From contig JAXLNO010000597.1 in NCBI GenBank assembly GCA_038087875.1, forward strand, positions 62,001 to 90,595: a DNA stretch of 28,595 nucleotides, in the 5' to 3' direction. This stretch comes from Malacoraja senta. Lineage: Eukaryota. Within the stretch, counting starts at the first letter, position 1, and the number at the start of each line of letters is the position of its first letter. The translations under genes were made by a program, and so were the position numbers. The notes under the pieces were generated by a model. That model was not told the DNA's origin. It searched no databases and saw only the letters and a list, made by a program, of their open reading frames with translations. This document shows, in pieces, positions 1 through 10,594 of the stretch.

Positions 1-431
1 GAGCGAAGGAGATAGGCAACGTTTCGGGCCGAACCCCTTCTTCAGACTAATGGGGTGCGGGGGGAGGCGGGGAGAAGAACGGAAAAAGGAGGAGGAGGAG
101 CCCGAGGGCTGCGGGAGTGGAAGGGGAGGAGACAGCAAGGGTTAACAGAATTGTGAGAATTCAATGTTCATGCCCAGAGGATGCAGACTACCCAAGCGGA
201 ATATGAGGTGCTGTTCCTCCAATTTCCGGTGTTGCTCACTGGCCGTGGAGGAGGCCCAGGACAGAGAGGTCGGATTCGGAATGGGAGAGGGAGTTGAAGT
301 GCTGAGCCACCGGGAGGTCAGGTTGGTTAGTGCGGACCGAGCGGAGGTGTTTGGCGAAACGATCGCCAAGCCTACGCTTGGTCTCACCGATATACGCTTG
401 GCGATCGTTTCGCCGAAAACCTCCGCTCGGT
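1..431 (-). mobile_element. Penelope-like element 3' fragment (GIY-YIG endonuclease C-terminus plus 3' terminal region), running off the window edge
   Basis: Minus-strand translation ends RKLEEQHLIFRLGSLHPLGMNIEFSQF, a typical Penelope GIY-YIG C-terminus. Terminal motif CTGAAGAAGGGGTTCGGCCCGAAACGTT is at 18-45 (minus). A 36-bp inverted duplication lies at the 5' break. Confidence 0.85.
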
Positions 432-546
432 GAATGGGGTTAGGAGGGAGAGATAGATCAGCCATGATTGAATTGCGGAGTAGACTTGATGGGCCGAATG
501 GCCCAATTCCGCACGTATCTCTTATGATCACTTATGATCTTATGAC
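432..546 (+). mobile_element. CR1 LINE 3' end fragment
   Basis: agatcagccatgattgaat...gatgggccgaatggcc followed by a (ttatga)n-like tail; the same 3' UTR occurs reversed at about 1080-1200 and 9210-9330. Confidence 0.75.
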
Positions 547-1076
547 GTGCGAGCTGTGGCCTTAAACTAATGATCCACAAGAGATCCAATCCCAAGGCTC
601 ACTGGTGCCAAGCAAGGCAATGCCTTTGTTCTGACAGTGTCGCAAATCTTGTTTGCCACAATGCTGCAGTCCATCAATTTCTCACTGTACGGGAGATAAT
701 CTGCAGGACAACTTCAAAACTGTTCAATGTATATCATGTCTACTCCAGAACCATCAAACCATCCTATGGTATCAAACTGCAGTATGGTGGTTTTGAATGA
801 GTTTGTTCAGTGACAAATCTCGACATCACCAAACCATATGAGAGCATGAGCCTCCACCAATCTTAATCTGCTGTATACTTTCTTACAATAAAGAATCATA
901 ATGAACCCCTTGTAATCTGAAAACATTTCTCATATCCGGGTCACCACCACTTATTAAAGGCAGAGGTGGAGGATTTGAAATTCACCATCATCTTCACTGT
1001 GTCAAGCCAGCACTTAACTCCTAGTGTACTGAGCCGCAGTGATCCTTACTCTCCTGCATGTTGCTGTGTGGTCTTC

Positions 1077-2850
1077 ATGTTCATAAGTCATGTTATAGAA
1101 GCAGAATTAAGCTATTCGGCCCATCAAGTCTACTCCGCCATTCAATCATGGCTGATCTATCTTTCCCTCTCAACCACATTCTCCTGCCTTCTCTCCCTTA
1201 TCCCTGACACCCGCACTAATCAAGAAACTGGTAAAAAAAAATACCCAAAGACTTGGCCTTAACAGTTGTCAATGGCAATGAATCTCAGATTCACCATACT
1301 CTGACAAAATTAATTCCTCCTCATCTTTCCAAAGGTATGTCCTTTAATTCCGAGGCTATGACTCTCCCACTAGTAGAAACATCCTCTCAACATACACTCT
1401 ATCAAGGCCTTTCACAATTCGTTAAGTTTCAATGAGGTGTTCCCCTCATCCTTCTAAACTCCAGAGAGTATAGGGCCCAGTGCCATCAAATGTTTATCAT
1501 ATGCTGAGCCACTCATTCCTGGAATAATTCTTGTAAACTTCCTCTGGATCCTCTCCAAAACCAGCAAATCTTTCCTCAGATAAGGGGCCCAAAACTGCTC
1601 AGAAACTCCAAATCCAGTCTGACCAGTGCCTTATAAAGCCTCAGCATGACATCCCTGTTTTATATTCAAGTCCGATCAACTACTACTGAATCAACTTGCA
1701 AATTAACCTTTTGGGAATCCTGCACCAGCACTCTCAAGTCCTTTTACATCCATGTCTTTATTCTTGCTACCAATATGCATGACTCCACACTTTGCTACAC
1801 TATATTCCATCTGCCACTTCTCCGCCCACTCTCCTATCCTGTCCATGTCCTTCTGCAGAGTCCCTGCTTTCTCTGCACTACCTGCCCCTCCAACTATCTT
1901 CGTATCATCTGCAAACTTGGCCAAAAAGCCTTCAATCCCCTCATCCAAATCATTAATATACAACGTGAAGAGTAGCGGCCCCTTTGGGGTGCCCCGGTGG
2001 CGCAACGGTAGAGTTGCTGCCTTACAGTGAATGCAGCGCCGGAGACCTGGGTTGATCCCGACTATGGGTGCTGTCTGTATGGAGTTTGTACGTTCTCCCT
2101 TGACCTGTGTGGGTTTTCTCCGGGATCTTCAGTTTCCTCCCACACTCCAAAGGTCTGTAGGTTAATTGGCTTGGTAAATGTAAAAATTGTCCCTAGTGGG
2201 TGTAGGATAGTGTTAATGTGCGGGGATCGCTGGTCAACGCGGACCCGGTGGGCTGAAGGGTCTGTTTCCATGCTGTATCTCTAAACTAAACTAAACTAAA
2301 CTAAACTAAACTAAACTCCGCTAGTCACTGGCAGCCAACCCTTTATTGTCAGTCTTTGCCTTCTGCCATTCAGCCAAACTTCTGTCCATGCTAGTATCTT
2401 CCCTCTGATACCATGGGCTCTCATCTTCTTTAGCAGCCTCACATGCCTTCTGAAAGTCCAGGTAAACCACATCCACTGACTCTCCTTTGTCTGTCCTGCT
2501 ATTTACTTCTTCAAAGAATTCCATCAGATTCGTCAGGGCAAGATCTCCCCTTCACAAAACCATTCTGACTGAAGGCCTATTTTATCTTGTGCTTTTAAGC
2601 ACTCAGAAACCTCATCCTTTATAATGGACTCCAAAATCTTACCAACCACTGAAGTCGGGCAAACCGGCCTATAGTTTCCCCTATTTTGCTTCGCTCACTT
2701 CTTGAACAGTGGAGTAACATTTGTAATTTTCCAATCCTCCTGACTCTAGTAATTCTTGAAAGATCACCACATGCCTTCTCAACCTCTGAAGATACCTCTT
2801 TCAGAACCCTATGGTGTAGTCCATCTGGTCCAGGTGATTTATCCCCCTTC
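1077..2850 (-). mobile_element. Degenerate CR1 LINE (RT region plus 3' UTR), interrupted by a SINE at about 1986-2317
   Basis: Minus-strand RT motifs KSPGPDGLH, EFFEEV..VDVVYLDFQKA, GPLLFTLYINDLDEG..KFADDTK and WAEKWQMEYSVAKC, with frameshifts and deletions. Confidence 0.9.
1986..2317 (+). mobile_element. tRNA-derived SINE with (CTAAA)n tail
   Basis: Head with A-box-like ggtggcgcaacggtag and B-box-like gggttgatccc, body shared with other copies in the window, and about 8 CTAAA units at the 3' end. Confidence 0.9.
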
Positions 2851-2874
2851 AGATCTGTCAGATGTGGCGTCTCC

Positions 2875-2937
2875 ACTGGAAAACTGGATAGGTATCACCA
2901 ATACTGCAAAATCCTCTCAATCCATTGGCAAGACAGC
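2875..2937 (+). mobile_element. Short RTE-like LINE remnant
   Basis: Translation KLDRYHQYCKILSIHWQD resembles the RTE ORF C-terminal motif LE.FHQRCLRKIL.I.WQD. Confidence 0.45.
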
Positions 2938-3326
2938 AAACTAAAATCATTGAGGCCATTAATTACATGTAAAGAACACATCACATAAATTACATGCCCT
3001 TCATCTGGCTTTCGAAACAGATACTATGTTCTAAGCTCTGTTAAGGGAGGAGACTACTCTAAAAAAATTAACAACTCATGATTTCTACGTCAGTCAAAAT
3101 GGAGAAGAAACAACACAAATGGCATTGAAAAACTATGTTAAATAATAATAATTACAGATTATCTCTAACAAGTACATATCAGAGCATTTTACCCAGAGAT
3201 TTTTTTCGTCAGGGATTTGCAGAGCTTCATTTGATCCTATCTTTCGTTCTTCAGCATTTTCCATTTACTTCGACTTTTGATGTGGAAACCCAAAACAAAA
3301 TCAGATATGCTCATTAGATCAGCATA

Positions 3327-3622
3327 GGGGCGGCACGGCGGTACAGCGGTAGAGTTGCTGCCTTGCAGCGCCAGAGACCCGGGTTTGATCCTGACTACGG
3401 GTGCTTGTCTGCACGGAGTTTGTCCCTGTGTGGGTTTTCTACGAGATCTACAACACCTCCCACACTACAAAGATGTACAGGTTTGTAGGTTAATTTACAA
3501 GGGATGAATGTAAAATTGTCCCTTGTGTGTAGGATAGTGTTAATGTGCGAGGATCGCTGGTCGGTGCAGACATGGTGGGCCGAAGGGCCTCTTTCCACGC
3601 TGTATCTCTAAACTAAACTAAA
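3327..3622 (+). mobile_element. tRNA-derived SINE (same family as 1986-2317)
   Basis: ggcggcacggcggtacagcggtagagttgctgcc head and ctaaactaaactaaa tail. Confidence 0.9.
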
Positions 3623-4699
3623 TCAGTCAGCAACTGTAGAGAGAGAATTCAAATAAATAAGTTCTGTGGGACAAGAGAAGGCTGGAACAATAGTTGTCCC
3701 AGGAGAATCCTATTTGTGGATCTTGGGGATGTGGTGAAATTGGTCAAATGGTTTGGGGAATCATGAGGTTGGAGGTTGGGGAGGGAAAATATCCTGAGGA
3801 AATAAAGTCAGTGACTATCGGAGAGAAATAATCTGAAGATCAGCTGTGGATCCATGGTTCAATTGGAGACATGAATAGGTACCTGAGATCTGATGTTCTT
3901 CCTCTACAAGGTAGAGGTCAGTTCACCAAATCCCAGTCGCATGTTCTCTCTCCACGTTCAGAGAGAGGTAGGTTGGGATAACAGAAAAAACTGAGGTGGT
4001 CAATGTTGTGCGTAGGTTATACATATTTTTGATGCCGTTATTCAAAGTCCGGACCGCCGCGTGTTCGATGTACTGGAGCCGTTCTCGTGAACTGACGTTC
4101 CTCTTCTCTCCTCACCCGGTCATCTTTGTGCCCCGGGGGCGCCTCCTGCAGCCGACCTTGAAGGCGCTGGAGGCATCACTCTCCTACCGGCCCACGCTTC
4201 AGCCTGATGTCTCGAACTCCCTCCCAGTTACACCGACTGACGAACCTCAGGGCAGATTGCCGGCCTGCTGACAGACGAGCCTTCGGTGGGCCCCCATTTT
4301 TTAAACTTGTAATATTGTGGTCTGGGCTTCTGCAATTCTCTCATTTATTTCCCTCAGCAACTAGGTTGCAACCCATCTAAACCTGTTCATTTGTCCACTT
4401 TACATGCTGCTAGTCCTTCAGAGGTTTAGAGCCATACAGCCTGAAAAATAGGCCCATTGGCCCAACTTGCCCAAGCCAAACAAGATGCTCCGCCTATGAT
4501 AGTCCTCGAAGTCCACCTATGGTAATGTGAATGTGGAACATCTGTACAATCCATGCCACACCTTCTAAGATGCCCACTTCTTGGTGAACAATGCTGCCTG
4601 GAAGATCTAGTGGTGGCAAACAAAAAGGCTGTCCACTGTGCAAGAGCCTGGCCAAATATTGAAACATAGATGATGGGCACAAAATAAAAAGAAGACCTA

Positions 4700-5165
4700 T
4701 GATATGGCTTGAAGGGCTAAATGGCCTCCTCCTGCACCTATTTTCTATGTCTACCTGCCCGCATTTGGCCTATATGTCCCTCTTAACCATTCCTATCCAC
4801 GTACCTGTCTGATTGTCTTTTAAATACTATACAGGTTATAATATCTGTTTCAACTACCTCCTCTAGCAGCTCATTCCATATACCTACCACCCTCTGTGTG
4901 AAAAAGTTGTTCCTCAGGTTCCTATTAAATCTTTCCCCTCTCATCTTAAACCTACTGTATTTTCCCTGGTTATTAATTTCCCAACTCTGGGTAAAAGCTC
5001 TGCACATTCGCCCTATCTATTCCCCCCATGATTTTATACAACACATTAACATCACCCCTGAGCCTCTTGAGCTCCAATGAAAAAAAGTAATAGCCAGCCC
5101 AACTTCTCCCTGGAGCTCAGGCCCTCAAGGTCCTGGCACATGCCTTGTAAATATTCTCTGTGTTC
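4700..5165 (-). mobile_element. CR1 fragments (short + strand 3' UTR at about 4710-4752, then minus-strand ORF2 C-terminus)
   Basis: Minus translation RFKMRGERFNRNLRNNFFTQRVVGIWNELLEEVV matches the CR1 ORF2 C-terminus. Confidence 0.8.
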
Positions 5166-5167
5166 TT

Positions 5168-5378
5168 GTGGAAGAAAGAACTGCAGATGCTGGTTTAAAT
5201 CAAAGGTAGACACAAAATACTGGAGCAGCATCTATGGAGAGAAGGAATGGGCGGCGTTTCGGGTCGAGACCCTTCTTCAGACAAAGATAGAATGTAGGCG
5301 GAGAGTAAGACTAGTGGGAAAACTTGGAAGGGGAAGGGGAAGGAGAGAGAAAACAAGGGCTGTCTGAAGTTATAAAAC
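5168..5378 (-). mobile_element. Penelope-derived terminal fragment inserted into CR1
   Basis: gaactgcagatgctggt...agacacaaaa...cgtttcgggtcgagacccttcttcagac plus a purine-rich tract; the reverse complement matches the Penelope 3' end at 28080-28293. Confidence 0.75.
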
Positions 5379-5944
5379 CTCTGCACTCTTTGCAGCTTCT
5401 GGCCCCTCTTCAACTGTAAGTCCATTCAGAGTCTCACTTGCTAACATTTTCCTTTGCTGCGATCCAGCAGCATCTTCTTCCTTGACGAAGACTGCATGAA
5501 GTAGTCATTTGGTTTCTCAGCCATGTGTGAGTTAATGTATCTTTTATGGTCTCCTGTCAGTTCCACCTCTCCTTTTTAAACATTTTCCTCCTTCTGGGCT
5601 TTGGCGCTATTTTTGGATTCGCTTTTAACTTTGCTGCCAAATGAGGACAACTGTAGACAATTTCAGCAGATGATAAACCAGGACTGCAAGAAGGAAAAAA
5701 ACAGAGCGCCACAACAACAAAAAAGATAATCTTTCAGAAAATTCTAAAGCTGAAATACAAAGAATTATACTTATTTCACTTTTGTTACATAACCTGAAGG
5801 AAATGAATCACAATTTGTTGTTCAAGCCATCTACTTCCTTACAATTTCAACAGAAGCCTTGAACAGTGATATGCACAGTCCATATTGTTGCTTTTTCATC
5901 ACCGTTTGTGGCTTAAAATGAACCAAATTAAACTAAAAGGTGTG

Positions 5945-6728
5945 GTGTGGCGGAATCTATCGGCAGCGGCTCGACTACAGTCCTTTTGTCTTTTAAAAAA
6001 TGTTTTGTCTTGTTAAATGTATGTCTTGAGTCTAGTTTTTATTATTTTACTTTAGCTGTGTATATATGGGGGGTGGGGGGGTGGGGGAAACCGTTTAATC
6101 TCTTCCCCATTCGGGGACCCGACTTTTTCCCTGTCGGGTCTCCGGTGTCGTTGGGCCTAACATCGTGGAGCCGGCAGCCTCCGGCCGGGACCAACCTGAG
6201 GGTCCAGTCGCGGAGCCTGCGGACTCACCATCGCGGAGCTGGCCGACTGGAACGGGGAGAGCTGTGGTGGCGCGCGGCTGCAACCCGACTTCGGAGCTTC
6301 GGAGACTCCGGCCGCAGGCCCGGTGGACAGGAACATCAGGAGCTCGCAGGTCCCTGGTGGGAGACCGCTTTTCAGAGCTCCCGCAACGGCAACTTCTCCC
6401 GCTGGAATCGCGGGGTTTAAAGGACTCGGAGTGGGGGCCTAACATCGCCTGGCACGGCTTAACGGCCGCGGGGCTTACCATCGCCCACCTCTACACTGCA
6501 GTTGGACTGCTGGACCGTGGGAGAAGAACAAAGGGAAGAGATAAGACTTTTGCCTTCCATCACAGTGAAGAGGTGTTGGAGATTCACTGTCATGGATGTT
6601 TGTGTAAACTGTGTTAAGTGTGGGTCTTGTTTTTTTTTGTATTGTAAGACTGTAGAAAATGCAATTTCGTTCAAACCAAGCTGTTCGAATGACAATAAAA
6701 GGCATTCTATTCTATTCTATTCTATTCT
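5945..6728 (+). mobile_element. GC-rich non-coding retroposon-like element with TGACAATAAA plus (TTCTA)n tail
   Basis: Sharp GC/CpG-rich block in an AT-rich context. It ends tgacaataaaaggca(ttcta)5, like the Rex1 3' ends in this window. No recognisable protein in its overlapping ORFs. Confidence 0.6.
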
Positions 6729-7216
6729 AAAATATATCCTTCCATATTTTCAATTGGTAGACAGAGTTTGCTTTGGAGATAGACGTGTTAAGCCATCAAT
6801 CTAGTGTGTTGAAACATGGACAATTAGGGAGCATTTATTGGAGTGACAATCCTTTTCTGATTGGAAAGCAATCATACTCAATATCACTGAAATATTCCAC
6901 TTAGATCAACCTGTTAATACAATAGAAGTTTTCCATAAAGAAATAAATCGTAATTCTTTCTATTTCTTAATATGTCTTTCATGCCCATTTCTGCACAATA
7001 AACACTGCATTAAAGAACCTAGAATGAAAACAGAATGCTCAAAGAACTCCAGTATCTGTGCAGGCAGAAGGTATCACGTCAAGACTCTGCATCAGGGTCT
7101 GAAAGGGAACAGGAAGGTTAGCCTGAATGGGGTAAATAGATACAGTATGTCTGAGTTCTCCCTGTTCTATTTTCAAAATGGATGCTATTGTTTCCGTGGT
7201 GATCAGACTAGGCACC

Positions 7217-7532
7217 TTTTAGTTTTCAGTTTTTTTAGTTTTTAGCACAGAAACAGGCCCTTCGGCCCAACGAGTCCAAAGCGACCAGCGATCCCCAGGC
7301 TCGTACACTATCCTACACACACTAGGGACAATTTTACAATGATACCAAGCCAATTAACCTACAAACTTGTCCGTCTTTGGAGTGTGGGAGGAAACTGAAG
7401 ATCTCAGAGAAAACCCACGCAGGGCACAGAGAGAATGTACAAACTCTGTACAGACAGCTCCTGTGGTCGGGATCGAACCGGGTCTCCAGTGCTGTAAGGC
7501 AGCAACTCTACATCTGCGCCACCGTGCCGCCC
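7217..7532 (-). mobile_element. tRNA-derived SINE, minus strand
   Basis: Reverse complement of the SINE head (gcgccaccgtgccgccc) at about 7516-7532 and a degenerate (tttag)n tail at the left. Confidence 0.9.
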
Positions 7533-7653
7533 TAATGCATCGAGAGATGTACCCTGAACTCATAGCCTCTGGCAGAGAGAGCTTCTACCCTTCAATGCTC
7601 ATCCTCAACATCTTTCCTTAGGCCCGAGAAAAGTGAGCAGCCGAAAACTGTAA

Positions 7654-8173
7654 AGGCTCTGTCCCACGGGTTTGCGGTCATTGGCGGTGAAGCGCGGCAT
7701 CGCCAGAAGAGGGGACCGCACGGCAACCACGAGAGCGCCGCACCGATGCTGCGCGGGGGCCGAGTGATCTCCGTAAGGCTGGTTCCATGAGCTTGCGGTG
7801 TCGGGTGATGACGACATCGCGCAACGTGATGCGCTACGCGATGACGTCTTTCGGATCGCGAGGCTGTGGCGGTGGCCGTGCCGCACTCGTGCCTCGGCTG
7901 TGGCAGTGAAAGTTCGACTCACGGCGCTCGTGCCGCACTGGCGGCGGCTGTGGTGGTGCCCGTGTCGCACTCGTGCCTCACTGGCGGCGGCTGTGCGGTA
8001 GGAAAATATTTTTCGACAATGTTGGCTTTTTGTGAGCACCGTGCGGTGTTGGGACCAACGCCGCACGGCCCCGGCAGTGTGCGTTTGACTGAACCCGCAG
8101 TCTCTGGCGGTCCACGAGCGGTAGATACTTCCTGTTTCACCGCCAGTGACCGCAAACTCGTGAGACAGGCCTT
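7654..8173. mobile_element. PIF/Harbinger-type MITE with TAA TSD
   Basis: About 38-bp imperfect TIRs (aggctctgtcccacgggtttgcggtcattggcggtgaa / ttcaccgccagtgaccgcaaactcgtgagacaggcctt), flanked by TAA at 7651-7653 and 8174-8176. Confidence 0.85.
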
Positions 8174-8453
8174 TAACGTCCAGGTTCAGGAACAGCTTCT
8201 TCCCTGCAGCCATCAGGCTATTAAACACTACAACAAATAAGCTCTGAACTGCAACAGACTATCATTATTATTGCACTATATTTGTTATTTATTGAGATTG
8301 AGTATGTGTGCATGTGTATACACACATTGAACTTTTTTTCTTCTCCCGTTATGTATTATGTTTACATATTCTGTTGTGCTGCAGCAAGTAAGAATTTCAT
8401 TGTCCTATCTGGGACACATGACAATAAAATACTCTTGACCTTTGACTCTTGAC
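8174..8453 (+). mobile_element. Rex1/Babar LINE 3' end (begins about 7638, split by the MITE)
   Basis: Highly similar to 10883-11157: ccaggttcaggaacagcttcttccc...tgacaataaaa.actcttgac tail. Confidence 0.85.
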
Positions 8454-8703
8454 ACTGTGTGATGCATAAAGATAAATGCCATGGTTCTGCAGAATGCATG
8501 TCATTGCAGGCATTTCCAGCATTGTTGTTATTTTATCCCTTTAAAGATGTTGGTGCAAAAATATTAAATGATGTTACATAAATTTAGCTTGACTATACAT
8601 GAGTATAAAACATTAAGGTGTGTGTTAATGGAACTGTATTAACATGATTAGAGAAGCTGGTGTGATATATAGTGATAAATCATTTCCACCAGGAAGGGTC
8701 TGA

Positions 8704-9107
8704 AGGGCCTGTCCCACAGGCTATTTTTTAGGCGACTAGGCTGTCACCACATGGTTGCCGGGGTTTCGCCTGTATGGTCGTGAATATTCTCCTCAGTTGC
8801 CAAAGAGTCGTAGCGTCTTTCTGGTCGCCGCTGGATTTTCAACATGTTGAAACATTTTTGGGGACAGTTGGCGACAGTGGGTTTGACGCCAGTGAGCGTA
8901 GCTTGACGTCTCCTGACGGAGGTGCTGTCGTAGTTGTCGCCAGGTTAACGTAGGTTGTCGCCGGTGCTCACTTCGGTTTTCTTTTGTAGTTGAAGTAATG
9001 ATTCTATTTCAAATTTTATATCGAAGGGGGGGTCCAGTCACCAATTTTTCGGTGACCTGCTACGACTATGGCAGTCGCCTAAAAATAGCCTAAGTGGGAC
9101 AGGCCCT
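8704..9107. mobile_element. Second PIF/Harbinger-type MITE
   Basis: TIRs agggcctgtcccac-aggctattttttaggcgact / agtcgcctaaaaatagcct-aa-gtgggacaggccct; flanks TGA and TTA (TWA-like TSD with one mismatch). Confidence 0.85.
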
Positions 9108-9207
9108 TTAGTTGCCATTTGGCATGCGTGTGAAATAAAGCCAAACATCATTCGGGAAGAATTTATCAGAACCCAGTGCAGAGGTGACGATTGAGACTGC
9201 AAATCAT

Positions 9208-9436
9208 CAGATCACAATGGATAGGAGCTGAATTAGGCCATTTGGCCCATCAAGTCTACTCTGCCATTCAATCATGACTGGTCTATTACTCCTTCCTTAC
9301 CCCATTCCCCTGCCTTCTTCCCATAATCCCTGACACCCGCACTAATCAAGAATCTATCTATCTCTGCCTCAAATATATCTACTGACTTGCCCTCCACAGC
9401 CTTCTGTGGCAAAGATTTCCACAGATTCACCACCCT
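9208..9436 (-). mobile_element. CR1 3' end fragment
   Basis: Same 3' UTR as about 1090-1300 (aattaggccatttggcccatcaagtctactc...ccacagccttctgtggc). Confidence 0.85.
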
Positions 9437-9879
9437 GATAATGATATACAATTCCTGCTTTATTAATTTCCAGATGAAAATCTACAGGGAGCTTCCATGC
9501 AGCTGCCTGATGAGATTCATTCACATTGATAAGGATTTGCCTCCATCCGCAAGTATTAGTGTAGCCATGCGATTTCACATATACGATTCTGTGGTACTCT
9601 CTCCATTCAGTGGATTGTGAGCTCTCAGTTCTTCCGTACCTCATCTTCAGGTGTGCATGCATTCCATACTGAGCATAACTAACCCGGTGAACAACTTCCA
9701 ACAAACGCTTCTTGTTCTGAGAATCTGAATGAAAACTTGTTCTTGAACTATGAGAAGTGTGTTCTCATCACGTCAGCTACATGTGACAGGAGTGATACAG
9801 CTGTCTCTCGGCTCAGGAATCCAGATTTCGGTGGCATTGGGAATGGACTTAATTTTCTTCATAATGGTCAGTAGAGACA

Positions 9880-10070
9880 TAGGGGTTAGAGACGGGACAA
9901 TTGTGGAGAGAATAAAATCTTCAATTTCCTGGGTGTGAATATCTCCAAAGAACTGCTCTGGACTCAGCTCATTACATGCAAGTACTATGTTTACTGATCT
10001 ATTGTGCGGTTTCAAGAAATAATGTCTTGTTCTGTTTCGGGACATATGAAAATAAAAACACTCTTGACTG
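9880..10070 (+). mobile_element. Internally deleted Rex1 remnant
   Basis: DGTIVER...FNFLGVNISKELLWT resembles VERVSSFKFLG.HISEDLTW of the 11440 ORF; ends gggacatatgaaaataaaaacactcttgact (Rex1 tail). Confidence 0.6.
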
Positions 10071-10374
10071 TATTGTTGCATAGGATTTAAGTTGATTTTA
10101 AAAATGTCATTCTTGTTTTCAAACCCTGTTGATTTCTTTCCTAAACTATCTCAGTGATCTTCTGCCTTCCTACAGCCGTCAAGCTACCTACCTTCCCCTG
10201 ATTCTGCAATTTTAATGTCTCCCCATTGAGAGCTGCCAAGGCCTTTCTAGTTGTGTCTCAAATCTAAATTTGGAAAAGCTTTTGGTTCCTTTGTTTTTAC
10301 ATCTGTCTAATTCAGCTTGGTCCATCATAACACAGTCCCCCCACCGCATGTACATGCGGTGATGCCTCAAGATG

Positions 10375-10587
10375 GCAGGTGTTGGGTATATGGGACAAGC
10401 TGCCAGAGGAGGTGGTTGAGGCAGGTACTATGGCAACATTTAAAAGACATTTGGACAGGTTCGTGAATGGGAAAGGTTTAGAGGGATGTGGCATAAACAT
10501 GGGAATGTGGGACTAGTGTAGATGGGGCATTTTTGTCGGCCTGGGCAAGTTGAGCCAAAGGGCCTGTCTCTGTGCTGTATGATTCTA
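10375..10587 (+). mobile_element. CR1 3' end fragment
   Basis: tgggacaagctgccagaggaggtggttgaggcagg (WDKLPEEVVEAG) followed by a 3' UTR ending gggcctgtctctgtgctgtatg. Confidence 0.8.
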
Positions 10588-10594
10588 ATTACAG

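Noticed and set aside
1986..2060. tRNA gene
   Set aside because: It is a SINE head with degenerate A/B boxes, continuous with the SINE body and tail.
5947..6617. Overlapping 128-157 aa ORFs
   Set aside because: They lie in a GC-rich repeat with few stop codons and show no domain similarity.
7605..8240. 207-aa and 124-aa ORFs
   Set aside because: They span a MITE and a Rex1 tail, so they are chimeric and not a transposase.
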